64,000 nt of DNA from NCBI RefSeq assembly GCF_964204645.1, contig NC_134029.1:20330950-20394949 (forward strand), given 5' to 3'. Every line of letters begins with the position of its first letter. Within the stretch, counting starts at the first letter, position 1. The notes beneath the pieces are model-generated. The model was not told the origin of the DNA. It ran no database searches and saw only the letters and a list, made by a program, of their open reading frames with translations. The translations under genes and the position numbers were made by a program. This DNA comes from Tubulanus polymorphus (taxonomy: Eukaryota > Animalia > Nemertea). Below are positions 12,466 to 25,142 of this stretch, piece by piece.

Positions 12466-13544
12466 ATGAATTATGCTATTCGAAAAGCAGTTAAAGAAGA
12501 TTGCAAACAAATCTTCAAACTTATGCAGGTTTGTATTTAAATTTGTTATCCTTTAACTGTCTCGGTTTATCGGATATTCTGATTATAACCCGAATTCCGA
12601 ATTCTGCGAGAGTATTGTACCCGTATCCAATCACGATTCTGCATTATTTTAGGATTTAGTTGACTTTGAGAAAGTTTGGGACGATTTCACACTGAATTAT
12701 GAAGGTAACAGTTCCAACTGAGGCCTACTTTTTCAGTGCAGTAATAGATATTTTATAGTTTCCAAAATCTATGCTTATACAGAATTTGAAAGGGGAGGAT
12801 TTGGCGAAGACCCGATGTTTCGTTGTCTGGTAGCTGAAGTCTGCCAACCGGATTCAGGTTGTGAAAGTTGTGAAGTGCAGTAAAACTCTCCGACTCGCTT
12901 GTCGCCTATATATGAATTTCCTTTTGACTTTCATTTTGTTTCAGGAGATGAGAAAGATGGCATCGTTGGCTACTGTTTGTATTATCCCATATTTTCGACT
13001 TTTGAGGGGCGCTCGATCTACCTGGAAAATATTTATGTTTCTCCCGAACACCGAGGATCTAAACTAGCCACGACCCTGATCCGCCAACTGAGCAAGGTAT
13101 TGTTTATTGCGGAGACTTTGGTCGTTTTAAGTTACGAGTTAACATTTTGCCTGTTTTTCTTTCGAGGTACTAGTTAGGTCGATGTTCCACTGTATTTATA
13201 AGCATTAAGCATTAAGATTTCTAGGATGGAAAATGTTGTTGTTTGTGTCAAACACCAGTCTTTCTTTTTTTCATGTATATCTAGAAAGTATCGAAGTCTG
13301 CATTTCATAACATCAGAACTTTACTTTGCGGTTTCTCTTTTGATAGATCGCGCTGAAGGAATTCTGCTGCAAAATAAGATTCGCGGTGCTACACGACAAT
13401 AAACTGGCGTACGATCTTTACCGATATTTAGAAGCAGAAGATATTAACGAAAGGCAAAACTGGCGTTCGATGGCCTGGCATAACGAAACATTACAAAAAA
13501 TGAGTGCCATTGAAGCGCCTAAAAATATAAAAATAGATTTGTAA
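12466..13544 (+). CDS. SAT/SSAT-family (diamine/thialysine N-acetyltransferase-like) GNAT, paralog 1; exons 12466-12528, 12653-12704, 12783-12857, 12945-13096, 13347-13544
   Basis: The spliced product MNYAIRKAVKEDCKQIFKLMQDLVDFEK...GFGEDPMFRCLVAE...IVGYCLYYPIFSTFEGRSIYLENIYVSPEHRG...AVLHDNKLAYDLY... follows the SAT1/SAT2 pattern. GT-AG sites and phases are consistent. Confidence 0.9.
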
Positions 13545-15414
13545 AAAAATTAATATATTTTATACATATATATGACAATGTTTATACCTGCAGTTTAACT
13601 TGGCTTATTTTATCAGACTTTTAATGTAGAATGAATATTTAGAATTTATATCCACCGAAATAAAAAAGAGAGTGAGACTATCATTTCACTGATCTGATAG
13701 ACTACCGACCATATAACTAATTTTGCTGCTAAAACTTAGGACGATCTTCTGCGTTGTTTTTGCTTTTTGCGGATCTTGTCTCACGAACCCTATTTGATTG
13801 TTTTATCTTCACTTCGTGACGATGCTATCAAAAACTTCATTTTGCTGAAAAATAACTTGTGCGAACTCTTTGTTTAAGAAAAGATTCTGAGATGATTTCT
13901 AAGAATCCCGCCATAATCATGCGGATATTGTGGTTCCTAGGGATTCGAACCCAACATATTCCGACGCTAGTGGTTCATAGTAAAATTGGGACTAGAAATT
14001 AGACGAAACGAAAGGTGATCATGTGGTATTTCGAATGGACAGTTCACAATAGGTCAACAATCGCCGATGGCGCTATCCGTAGTCTACTATATTTGCTTCT
14101 GGAATATTTCGAACAAATACCCAATCACACGGATCCGAGTACCTTGAATACGCCTAGCGCTAGATCGACTTTTGTCATCGCCGGATCCATTTCCCTCTGC
14201 GGGCATGCCGCTCACGGCCAAGAATTGATTATCAAGGACACTGTGTATGGAGGAGAGTAACGCGAAATTCATTGGGAATTATAGGACATTATCTAGGCCC
14301 TAGCAATAAATCCATCTATATCTCTCTTTCAGCTTTAATTTGAAGTAATAGTGCTGTTGTGCATGCATGTAAGGTTAATTCAGATATTTCCAGCAGGTGG
14401 CAGATGGTCTTGGGACCGGAGTGAGGCCTCCGACTCCGTTGCCTTTGGCTTTGGCGTTGGTAGTATCATATCAAATCAAATTTGATTTAAGTTCTATGGT
14501 AGTATTGTTCGTTGTTGTAAGTTGGTTTGCAAGCGAAACCGAGTTCTATGACGAAACATAGTACCTCCATGTCGCTGTGCATTCGAGTCATTTCTCAGTC
14601 ACTTTTGGTAGCAAATACCTTAAATATGCCTAGATCTTGCCAATACGTAGTACCAACACAGATGGGCAATTGAACTAAAAACATCGATTTTTAATCAATT
14701 TTCATGAGTGCAGGAGGTTGGTCCACCCTTTCAAAATTTTAATGTGCCCTCCAAAAAGCCTGGAAAGATTTTTAGATATTTTCAAGAAAACTAGAGATAA
14801 ATCCAAATAGGCCCTAATGAGCCCAAGAAAAACCCCTGTTTGTCTTCGATACGTGTTCTGTGGGAGAGTGCAGCCCTCGCATTGCCAAATCTGCCCTTTT
14901 CAAATTTACTGTCCATTCCAACATGGTCCACATAAAAATATTCGTTGATCTGTCCTTGGTAAGAGAAACAAAAACACTGTAATCATATTGAAGGTATTGC
15001 ATCATAGAAAAGAGACGACCTCTCACGCAAAGTTGAAATAGACTATACATTTGTAATAATCGCGTGTTGTGACAACTCATACGTCGTACATGCATATAGA
15101 TCTTCCGTTGGCCATGATTTGAGATACATACATGAGGCTACATCTCCAGTTATTTAACCAAATACGATTGAATGAACAGAAAAAGCATAATTTATTTTGT
15201 TTAGCCTACTGACTATCAGCCGTCTAGATTTTCTTCGAGGTCGGCATGGTATCAGGGCATACTCGCTGAACGGCTCCTCAAGACGGGAATCTTTTGAAAC
15301 AGCTTTAAACACGTGAAAAAAGTTCTGAATGAAGTTTTTGACATCAAACTTCAACATTACATGTATTCACACCATAGCAGACCAAAGACTAAAAAAGAGA
15401 AGATTAGATGTGTA

Positions 15415-15580
15415 CAGTCAACCCCCGATACTGCCCGCCCATTTACCGCCACCCCCGCTTTACCGCCAGGTTTTTGCAATGTGCATCTCAATACAAATAC
15501 ATAGTAAAACACCCCCGATATACCGCCATACTCTGTATACCGCCAAAATCGTTTTGCACCGATGTGGGCGGGGTTGACTG
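15415..15580. mobile_element. Tc1/mariner-type MITE (related copy at 35870-35994)
   Basis: ta|cagtcaacccc ... ggggttgactg|ta: TIR with TA TSD. Confidence 0.75.
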
Positions 15581-16443
15581 TACATCACAAAATCTTTCCA
15601 AAGTCAGAGCATTATTTCGGACTAATCTTTTCCTGCAGCTGTACGCGGCATTAAAAATTGACGGGTCCCGCTTATCAAATTGGAAAGGGCACAAATGTTA
15701 CGGAAAAGAAGTTTAATCCGATCCCTGCATATCCGAAACCATAAGCTCGTGCTGGGTTCGGGAGTAGCGAACGAAGACCTTAAAATTGTGTGCCCTTCAA
15801 AAAGTCAGTGTCTAAAAATTTTGGTGAAGACTTTTCGAAATTTAGATACGATTTTCATATTTATTTTTGAAAAATGAAAAGTAGTCCATTATCAAATGAT
15901 TTATTCAGGTACCGTGGTACTCAGATTTTCTTTCTTGGAGCTGGGCTGTTCCTAACACTTGAATTTTAGGGGGGCGGAGAAACCCTAGAAAGGGCAGCTC
16001 TAATTTTATATTAGATAACAATATTTATTTGCCAAGTAGCACTTCCAAAATATCTGGACCTAAGGGAGGGGGGTCCCCTACTGAATTCGGCCCGTTGAGT
16101 TTAGGTAATCGAAAAAAAGCATACTTAAGATCTGTCCGTAGTCAATACGAAAGTGTTCTTGTTACAGGGAAAGCCCTTTTCTAAATAGAACTCCCCCTCA
16201 AAAAAGTGCGGCACGGCCCTGGCAGCGTTAGGGTTGCCAGCCGAAAATTCTACAAAAATACAAACGCATATGCGGTGCATTCAGAGGGCATTTCGCAATA
16301 TGTTTCACCTAAGAAAAAGAACAATTCTTCGGCAAAAATACGGGCTAGACCTTGAGCGCGTACGGTAGGCCTAAATGTAGATTCTTGTGTAAATCGCAGA
16401 ATGATTGTTTTGTCATTTATAGTTGGCTGCGGAAGAAACGACG

Positions 16444-18749
16444 ATGGCTGAGGCTGCTGTTAATAAAATGAGTTATAATATTCGAAAGGCTGTGAAGAAA
16501 GATTGCAAAGCCATCTATAAGTTCCTGAGTGTTCGTATTAGTTCCTTATTTCTTTATATACCGTATACTCGAAACTTTAATCTGGCATGATCTATCTAGC
16601 TCTGTTTATTTGGTTGAACCACCGGCTATGTTGGCACCCAAAATCGGACTCCCGTCCTAGCGTAGGCCTACCGATCACCGGGACCGATCTACAAATTATT
16701 AGGCGTAGCAGGGGCGGAATAAGGGGGCAGAAGCGGGGTCCAGACCCATGTCCTCCCATCGAGGTTGCCCTTTTCGTCAAGACAAAGGTAGTTAAAACAT
16801 GTACATTTTACACTTGTCCTCTCAGAGAAATTGCAACTTTTGGTATTCCTTAGAAAATATCTAAAACCGAGGGTAGAACATCACGGAATCCGAATTGAGG
16901 CCTTTGACTCGGCTGCTTAATTCAAGAAATGTCTTTCATTCTGGACTCCGGCCTTCCAATTTACTTAGATGAAGGCGACTCTGACTTTAAGACCCCAACT
17001 TGACGCAAGTGGTTCGAACCGGTAACGTGTATTGTATAGTGTGATTGTTGTGAATGATTTTCTCTCCTGCTTTTGCTTGGTCTTCTCGATCGAACTTCTT
17101 CCAGCTTTGCATTGTTTGATATCGATAGCCAGTCATCGAAAAGCCCGGAGAGGCGAATATGATCAAAAGGTGAGAGTGGACGACTAAGAACGCCATAGAT
17201 TCAGGGGTTCGAACCTACCTGATTGTATATATCGATGACTCAGTTTAATCCCTGGCCAAACCGCCAAAAGATTAGAATTTAACCAGCTAAAGATTCGATA
17301 AGATTTCCGGATACCGAGTTGAGAATTAAGGAAAGTTTAACCTTATTAATGGATTATTTTCGTATGCTTCACCGCCTTGAGCAGTTTACTGTGTTTTAGC
17401 GGAACCACGTAAGCAGAGGGGGGGGGGTAGTTCGAGGATATGAGCATCGATTTCGAAAAACATTCACTGACATTAGTAACAGATTTCCGCCAGTTCTCGT
17501 CCTTAATATATGCCCTTGATTTGGAATGTTTTGCTATCCTTCTTGGTATCCTTCTTAGAAAAGATCCAGATTCATCATTATCACATGTTCGGATTGAGCG
17601 GGTCGCACTATTATCACATAACTGGATGATCGTGGAAACGGTTGACGGTCTATACTTCCCTTGCAATAGGACCGGCAGTAGTTTTCACAATTAGAGTCCA
17701 TGGTTTTCATGATTGCAGCCTACACCCGTTCGATTCAGATAGTTATATACTGTACCGGTATAGTGTATATTTTTCTGTTTTACAGGACATGGTGGAGTAT
17801 GAGCAAGTACAGGACAGTTTCACTCAAACATATGAAGGTACTTTGACGAACATTCAAGAACGCAGTTCAATACATAAGGAAACCTCTCTACTCGAGAAAT
17901 TTACAAAATTTTGCTTTCAGATGTTGAAAGGGAAGGATTTGGTGAAAACCCGATGTTTCATGGCCTAGTGGTTGAATGTCAGCAGGGTTCAGGTAAGTAC
18001 ATGTATATATTGTAACTTATATCGCTAAGCCTCATTGGGGAAGAATGACAGGAAGGTGTTGAATTTGAGCTTAGAAAATCCCACCCTAGATGTAATAATA
18101 GAATAAAATCCGAAATGTTTCCTTCAGGTCGTTTCGACTATAAAACGATATGGTATAGTCGAAAAGTTGAATATACCAACCATTACGGTATATATCTTAG
18201 GGAAACAATTCGGCGTTTTATTCTATTTTTAATCAGTGTGGGAATTTCTATCATCGTTACATTGAACTTTCATGTAAACGGTAAGTGTTATGAATCGGCC
18301 TTTTTCATGCTTGTTCGTTCCAGCTGAAGAGAAAAGTGTCGTGGGATGCTGTTTGTATTATCCTTCTTATTCGACGTTAGGAGGACGATTGATGTACCTG
18401 GAAATTATCTATGTCGATTCAGCACACCGTGGATCGAAACTAGCCTCGACTCTAATCCGTCAATTGAGCAAGGTATTGACTATATTTCACATTTGGATCG
18501 AGAAAATGCAGTCGCCTTATACTAAACTTTATATTTTCTGATATTTTGTTTCGGTAGATCGCGATGGAAGATAATTGTCGCGAGATTAAGTTTGTAGTAT
18601 TGCCTTGGAATAAGCACGCTTACGATGTTTACAAATACATGGGAGCAGACGATGAAGCTATCAAATGGCGCTCGATGGCCTGGCATTACGACGCGTTACA
18701 AAAAATGAGCCTCATTTCTCCCCCCGGAAATGTAAACATTGACTTATAG
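16444..18749 (+). CDS. SAT/SSAT-family GNAT, paralog 2; exons 16444-16530, 17786-17837, 17921-17992, 18324-18472, 18558-18749
   Basis: Same exon/phase pattern as paralog 1: MAEAAVNKMSYNIRKAVKKDC...GFGENPMFHGLVVE...YYPSYSTLGGRLMYLEIIYVDSAHRGSKLA...VLPWNKHAYDVYKYMGA. Confidence 0.9.
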
Positions 18750-19110
18750 ATATTTGCATTTCATCTAATATATTCTCAATTCCGAAAGCAATACGGATGT
18801 GCAGAATATTATGGAAATGAGATCTAGTAAATCAGAGGAATCCAATTCGTCTCACTGATTCACGTGTAATACTCGTGCTCAAATATGTGTATTTCCTTTA
18901 TCCTTTTACATTGTAATTGTATTCTAAGCAGTAAAGCTTTAAGTATACCTCAGCATATTTTCGAGAAAAAAATGTTAGAGCGCGTTTAATCGCTATGCAA
19001 ATGATTTCTCACTTCTGCAAGAGTCGAAGTTGAATTTAACTATAATCGAAGATCTTTTCGTCTCGAAAAAAAACTACTCTGTATGACAAACCCAAAAATA
19101 TTCCGAGATA

Positions 19111-19287
19111 CGGTGGAACCTCGTTAACAGGGTGAATCTCGTGGGCACAATTGGAATCCTATTAAATTGGTATGGCTCATATTGTCCAAAGCCTAATTGA
19201 CATATTCATGTTAGCTGGGACATGCTGGAAATCATCGTAATAAACGGGTATCGTCTAAAACAGAATCGTATTAACGAGGTTCAACTG
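19111..19287. mobile_element. Tc1/mariner-type MITE (related partial copies near 11695-11840 and 27913-28030)
   Basis: ta|cggtggaacctcgttaa ... ttaacgaggttcaactg|ta. Confidence 0.75.
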
Positions 19288-19505
19288 TATTTACGCGTGG
19301 CTTTAACTGAAGGGCATTTTTGCAATACTCATTGAGCTCGAAATAAAATTCTTTCTTTATAACTTATTCGCTCGTTGGTGTTTGCGGGTTGAATGACATC
19401 GAAGGAGATTGGAAACATTCGCTCGTTGTTAGTGATATAGATTTATTTCAGGAACATTTCACGAATAATTAACAAAATGTTCAAATATCTGATTGATTTG
19501 GTGGA

Positions 19506-22500
19506 TTAGTACCCGCCACAGTTACCACCGCCCTCGATACAAGTATTAAAAGACGTATCCGGGAACAGACACCTCGGACTGTAGACATTCTTACACGGAA
19601 CCGAGCGACCTTCACACCAGACGGCGTTGTACTTGCAGTAACAAGCAGATCCCGGCGCCGGGGCGTCAGTAATAACGCAGCCGGTCAAACGCAACGAACA
19701 ATCGCACTTGTACCCCATACAATCTCCTCCTCCTTGTTGGCAAGATTTAAACGACATATCGGGCAATTTGCACTGATCCGAGTTCGGGTTTTTGCATTTC
19801 GTAACGTAACCTCGACACGTCCAGCCTCCTCGGTATTTGCACTGGCAAGCCTTGTTCGGAGGCGCCGGCTTACTTACACTGCAGCCACCCGGGTGGTAGT
19901 CACAATCGCAGTCGTTGTCTCCCACTATAAGAAAATCTCGAATGTAAACATTCACATTTAGCTGAAAAGGGCAAGTTATAAAGTATGCAAACTTACGGTA
20001 TATTTCGCAATGTTTACCGCCGAATCTTGGTATACATTTGCACGAATATCCCATGCCTGGTTTGTTTTGTTCACAAGTTCCTCCATTATGGCACTGAACG
20101 CCAGCACATTCATCAACATCTGAGACAAATATATATAATCACCGCACGTATTATGATTTCGCGTTGATTGCTATATCTCTCGAAAAACCGAACAATTTAA
20201 GGATACACGCACCTATTTCGCAATGTTTGCCCGTAAATCCTGGTTTACAATGACACTGGAAACCGTTTCCTGGTTCTCCTTCTACGCATGTCCCGCCATT
20301 CATACAAACTTTGCCTTCGCATTCGTTTATATCTGGATTAAACAAAGAATTCATTACAACCACCATTGGACTTGTTATTTAAATACATCATCATGGATGG
20401 AAATTGGAGGGATAATAGCTGTAGAAAGTAATCGTTTTTTACTAAAAAAAAAAAGCTGCAGCCTTTTGCAGCATTTTGTACCTGTTTCGCAATGAGTACC
20501 AGTGAATCCAATCATACACATACATTCGTATTCCGTGTCGGAGATTTTATTGCATATGCCATCATTTTGGCAGCTTACATTGGAGCACGGGTTGGCCGCT
20601 AATTCATTTACCAGTAAAACATGAATACGAATACATCAGTTAAATACGTTATCACCGTGCGAAGGGGAGGCACAGTGGGGCAATATTTCATAATCAACCT
20701 TTTTAATTCCCGTGCATTGAACTGTTTTTATTCGGTAATAATAGGTTCCATGAGGGCTACACAGCCAAAAATTAATACGATGGTTATATAAATTTTTTGT
20801 CCAATCCAAAACAGACAGTGCCACTCGAGTATGTGATAGGGCTATGCATTTCTTGAGTCACAGGAAACCGGTTTCCATCAATATCAAGTTGATCAGTGAT
20901 TTTATCAATATCGTTAATTTGTTATTTTGGAAAGCTGGAAATTTAAACCATTTAATAATGGTCAGGGGTCGTAGATATTTACTAACCAGTTTCGCAATGG
21001 GTGCCGATGAAGCCCATCGGACATTGACATTGGTAACCTTGACCTGGAGCGTTTTGTTTGCAGACACCACCATTCAGACAAACAGCGGTCAAACACTCGT
21101 TCACATCTGTGAAGAAAAAAGATTAGGATTAGATAAGATGAAAATCATGAAATTTTATATGGATTAATGCACGTACCCCTCTCGCAATAAGTTCCGGAAA
21201 ATCCAGTTCTGCAGTTACACTTGTAACCAGCACCTATATTCGGAGTATTTTCGCACACGCCACCATTCTGACAGTTCACAAGGGAACACGGTTCAGCCGC
21301 TGCAAAATTGGCAAGAATCGTCAAATCAACAAGTCTTTAAAGTGGTTTCATTTCAGTTAAAAACTTTTCACTTCAACGTGAATACTTAAACTAAAAAAAA
21401 GAACACACTTGTTTCGCAATGGGTTCCAATGAAGCCCATTGGACATTGACATTGGTAACCTTGACCCGGTGCGTTCTGTTTACAGACTCCGCCATTCTGA
21501 CAAACAGCCGTCAGACACTCGTTCACATCTGAAAAAAATCTTCGATTGACATTTTGATACTACGCCTAATCACTGAGCAATTAAAGGAGAGGATTGAATA
21601 TAAGTTTACCGGTTTCGCAATGCATTCCAGTGAAACCTGCTTCGCATTCACATCGGAACCCTTTTCCCGGTTCATTTTCCTTACAAACGCCTCCGTTTTG
21701 ACAGACGACAAAATCGCATTCATTTCGATCTAAAAATAACGTGAGAAATGAAATATATACGTTGTCAACCAGTATTATCTTTATTGTAACGATCTATCCC
21801 GGTCTTACCAATTTCACAATGATCGCCAGTGAAACCGGAAGCGCATTGGCACGAATGTCCATCAGCGGTATTCTGACAAGTTCCGCCATTTTGACAGACA
21901 ACTCCCGCACATTGATCGACAACTAGAAATAGATGGCAGTTTTAAAGAAATTCTAGTACACGGTTTAATAATGATTTTATAATATCTATACGCACCATTT
22001 TCGCAATTATCACCGCCATATCCAGGGTTGCATGTACACACGTGACTGTTCGGTCCAGTTTTAGAGCACGTGCCTCCGTCTCCACAGGGCTGCGATTTAC
22101 ACGGATCAACTTATTTCACAAAAAAAAGCAATGAATTATTTTCGAAAGAATTTACCAAATCGACCACAAAAAAATGGTAAAAAATGACGTAATTCACGAA
22201 CGACGCATTTTTGAAGCAGTGGCAATCAAAAAAGTTTAAAATCCATCATCCCACAACCTATTTCTGTTATACTCACTGCAATGACCCCAGCCTCCTGGGG
22301 TATTGGTGTAACACCATGGTCTGTTGTCAATACTTCCATCGGTTGTACACGAAGTGTAAGTCTTGCCATCAAATTTGAAAGGGAACATGCACAGAGACCC
22401 GGGTTTAGCGTTTCCGGTATCTTCTACGGCTATCATCATGAAATAGATACGAAATTTCGGCCGGTCGTTAAGAAAAAAGTTAGAGAGCCTTTTCAGATTA

Positions 22501-23699
22501 AATAAGATTTTCTCTTTGCTTACCAATGGCGTCGTATTCACATCTATGACCGGTGTAGTTTGGAGGACAGATACAACCGGCCGCCGTCACTAGTGATTTC
22601 ATACATTTACCACCGTTCACACACGGCTGTACATCGCAACCAACCACAGAGTCATCGGCTTCAGGGCGATTAGAAAACAGATGAAAATTTGGCAATTTGT
22701 GTGTTAAGTAATAGCAATTATATACACGAAGTAGAATCCGCTGAATTTGGATCAGTGGGGAAACGAAAATCATTCGGTTTAAAGAGATATCAAATTCTCA
22801 AAAGATTTATAAGTGGACCGTATAAGATCAAAATCCGGATTGTAAATAATTTCAGGGGCAGACTCTATATACATTACTCACGACAATATTGCCACTTTTT
22901 ATCGATAGCATAGTAGCTTGTCGTAGAGCACCAATTGCTGTTCCCGTAGGGCTGACAAGACTCGTACGATACTCCTTCATACACGAACGGAAAATGACAG
23001 TGCAAACCCAAATCTTTCACTGTAAATTACAAGATGAAATTCTTAGATTACTACCTCGTCATATTTCGTCGGACAGCCTGAATAAAGTATAGTAATTTCT
23101 TTGATGGAGGAACAATAATTGCTTTTCCATCGAAGAAATAACTATATTATTATACATGAATTATATATGAATTATACTATATCTCGAACTGATCAAGATT
23201 ATCAATTATTGATAATTTTGATCAGTTCGAAGTATAGTATGTTTGCGTCTGGTGAACGGCCTGCCAGAATTTGCACTCCTTTCTAAAAATGATACATGTT
23301 TGATGGTTTGCGGATAAGATAACGATCTACAATCGGGCGTAGAAGATGCACAAACACAAGACGAAAGGATCGGTCTTAAATTGGCGTTGTTATTTCTTGT
23401 AACTCACGGCAATATCCCCATCGTCTGTCGGTGTTGTAGTCAGAGGTCGTGGCGCACCAGATATTACCAGCGTTCGCATCGGTACAGTCGTTGTACTCGA
23501 CGCCGAGATACGTGAAAGGAAAAACACAATGCGCTCCACCTCCGTTGCCTCCTCTGGTTGCTGAAAATCAAACACGTTTTCTTTTATGCTTGAATGATGC
23601 TCTAGACAATCCGATGGAAAACATCTCTAACTTACCGACATTAGCCTGAGTTAGACTAATAACGCTGAAGAAGATCGCCAACAGCGGTATCAACCCCAT
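19506..23699 (-). CDS. Secreted ~710-aa mosaic protein: signal peptide-FN2-FN2-EGF-FN2-(EGF)x9-two 10-Cys repeats; 15 exons
   Basis: Exons 23699-23636 (signal), 23560-23408 and 23019-22882 (FN2: CxFPF..WC.TT..W.YC), 22658-22524 (EGF), 22429-22277 (FN2), EGF exons 22109-21996, 21922-21809, 21729-21610, 21528-21409, 21299-21177, 21106-20987, 20598-20482, 20332-20213, 20119-19997, and last exon 19924-19506. All introns are phase 1; total 2133 nt; no TM segment. Confidence 0.88.
23174..23240. repeat. Near-perfect ~67-bp palindrome in an intron
   Basis: atactatatctcgaactgatcaagattatcaat / attgataattttgatcagttcgaagtatagtat. Confidence 0.8.
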
Positions 23700-25142
23700 T
23701 ATGGCAGCGGCTAGATCGAGTAAAAATGAAATTTTCGTATGAAAAATTCTATTCATTAGTTTGAAACGTGCATTTACTATCAAAAAAGTCTCTTTCTTAT
23801 GGAATGTTGAATAGTGAAGGTTTTTATTCTCTAAATGTCTAATGGTAATTGGACTAATTTTCCTACTTGAAAATCTAATCGGATTATGAGTTTCTAAAAG
23901 CGAAAATTGTTAATAGTTACGCAACAATGAAAATAACTTCTTTAAAATTCATTGAAATTTCAAACATGTTTCGATAGCTTATACTAAATTAGAAGATTAT
24001 CTGCCATGCCGTAATCAATAAAATGTAAAAAAAAGTTTCTTTTAGATTTTGAAAGAAGTAAGAGTATTTACGCTGACGAAAATATGCACAAAGATAGAAC
24101 CGATCGACTGAATGACCACGCGTCCAAGCACGTATTCACATCTGGGTTGTTTTTGGGTTTAGATTTATTCAAACTGAATGTGAAGACGGCCATCTGGTTT
24201 GACTAGATAAAGCTCGATTACTAATACTGATTTAATCTCACCCGATGCAAGTCATGATCCACAGTATCAAAGGCTATAAGTTCACGATCCGTAGATGAAA
24301 TGAAATTGAAATAACACGTGTTTACCGGTGACTGACCGAACCGGTAGATTACCTGTTCTTCCTCGGTTTCTCAGAATGCCAACATCGCAGAAGATTTTTC
24401 ATCTACCTTTGATTCACGGGGGGGGGAAGCTTGAGTCTGATTCAATGATTCGAGAATGGGTGCACCCCCAAAACAGGGGCGGCTTTGGCCGGGCTATTAA
24501 TTTTGCAGATGATGATTTCTTTTTCTGAAATAACAGAAGCGTGTCGACTGGTTTTCTGGCCGTCACTTTATCACGTCTGGAATGTGGCCAGAATGCACGA
24601 TACAGTGTCGAGTACCCGCTCGTTTTTCGTGATACTACCAACACGCAAATGTGTAAAGGTTCGTTCTTAAAATCAACTCATTTTAAGAACGAGGCATGAT
24701 CCGTTCCGTGTAGTCCGAAAGTGAATACATGATAACCCCAACAAAATATCGAATAACTCGGCGCCGTAGACCTTATATAGATAAATCATACTATAGAATA
24801 GAATAACAACGGATAAAAAGTTACATCGATTGATCAACTATTTAATTAATTAAATTGTATATTTCACAAACTGGAGCAATCACAATACGGAGCAATCAAA
24901 TCACGTACATTTAAATTGTTTATATTGTTTCATATGGCAAATTGAAGACACACGTCCACCGCATTGTGAATAGAATAGCCACTTCAACGCGCGAACTGTT
25001 TTGTATTCTAATCATTTAGTTTTAGTTTATTCTTCTTAATCAAAGTGTGTATACTACACTTGTATGACAGATATTCAAAAATACACATTTTAACAGAATA
25101 TGTCTCTCTACGCGTTCGTGGTTTGTTTGTTTGTTTGTTTGT

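Noticed and set aside
14015-17700. Short ORFs between and within the SAT genes (e.g. 14015-14260, 17346-17666)
   Set aside because: No recognisable motifs or consistent splice structure.
23055-23077. Possible 23-nt micro-exon (RCPTKYDE) in the FN2/EGF gene
   Set aside because: It would leave a ~35-nt intron and break the phase-1 frame.
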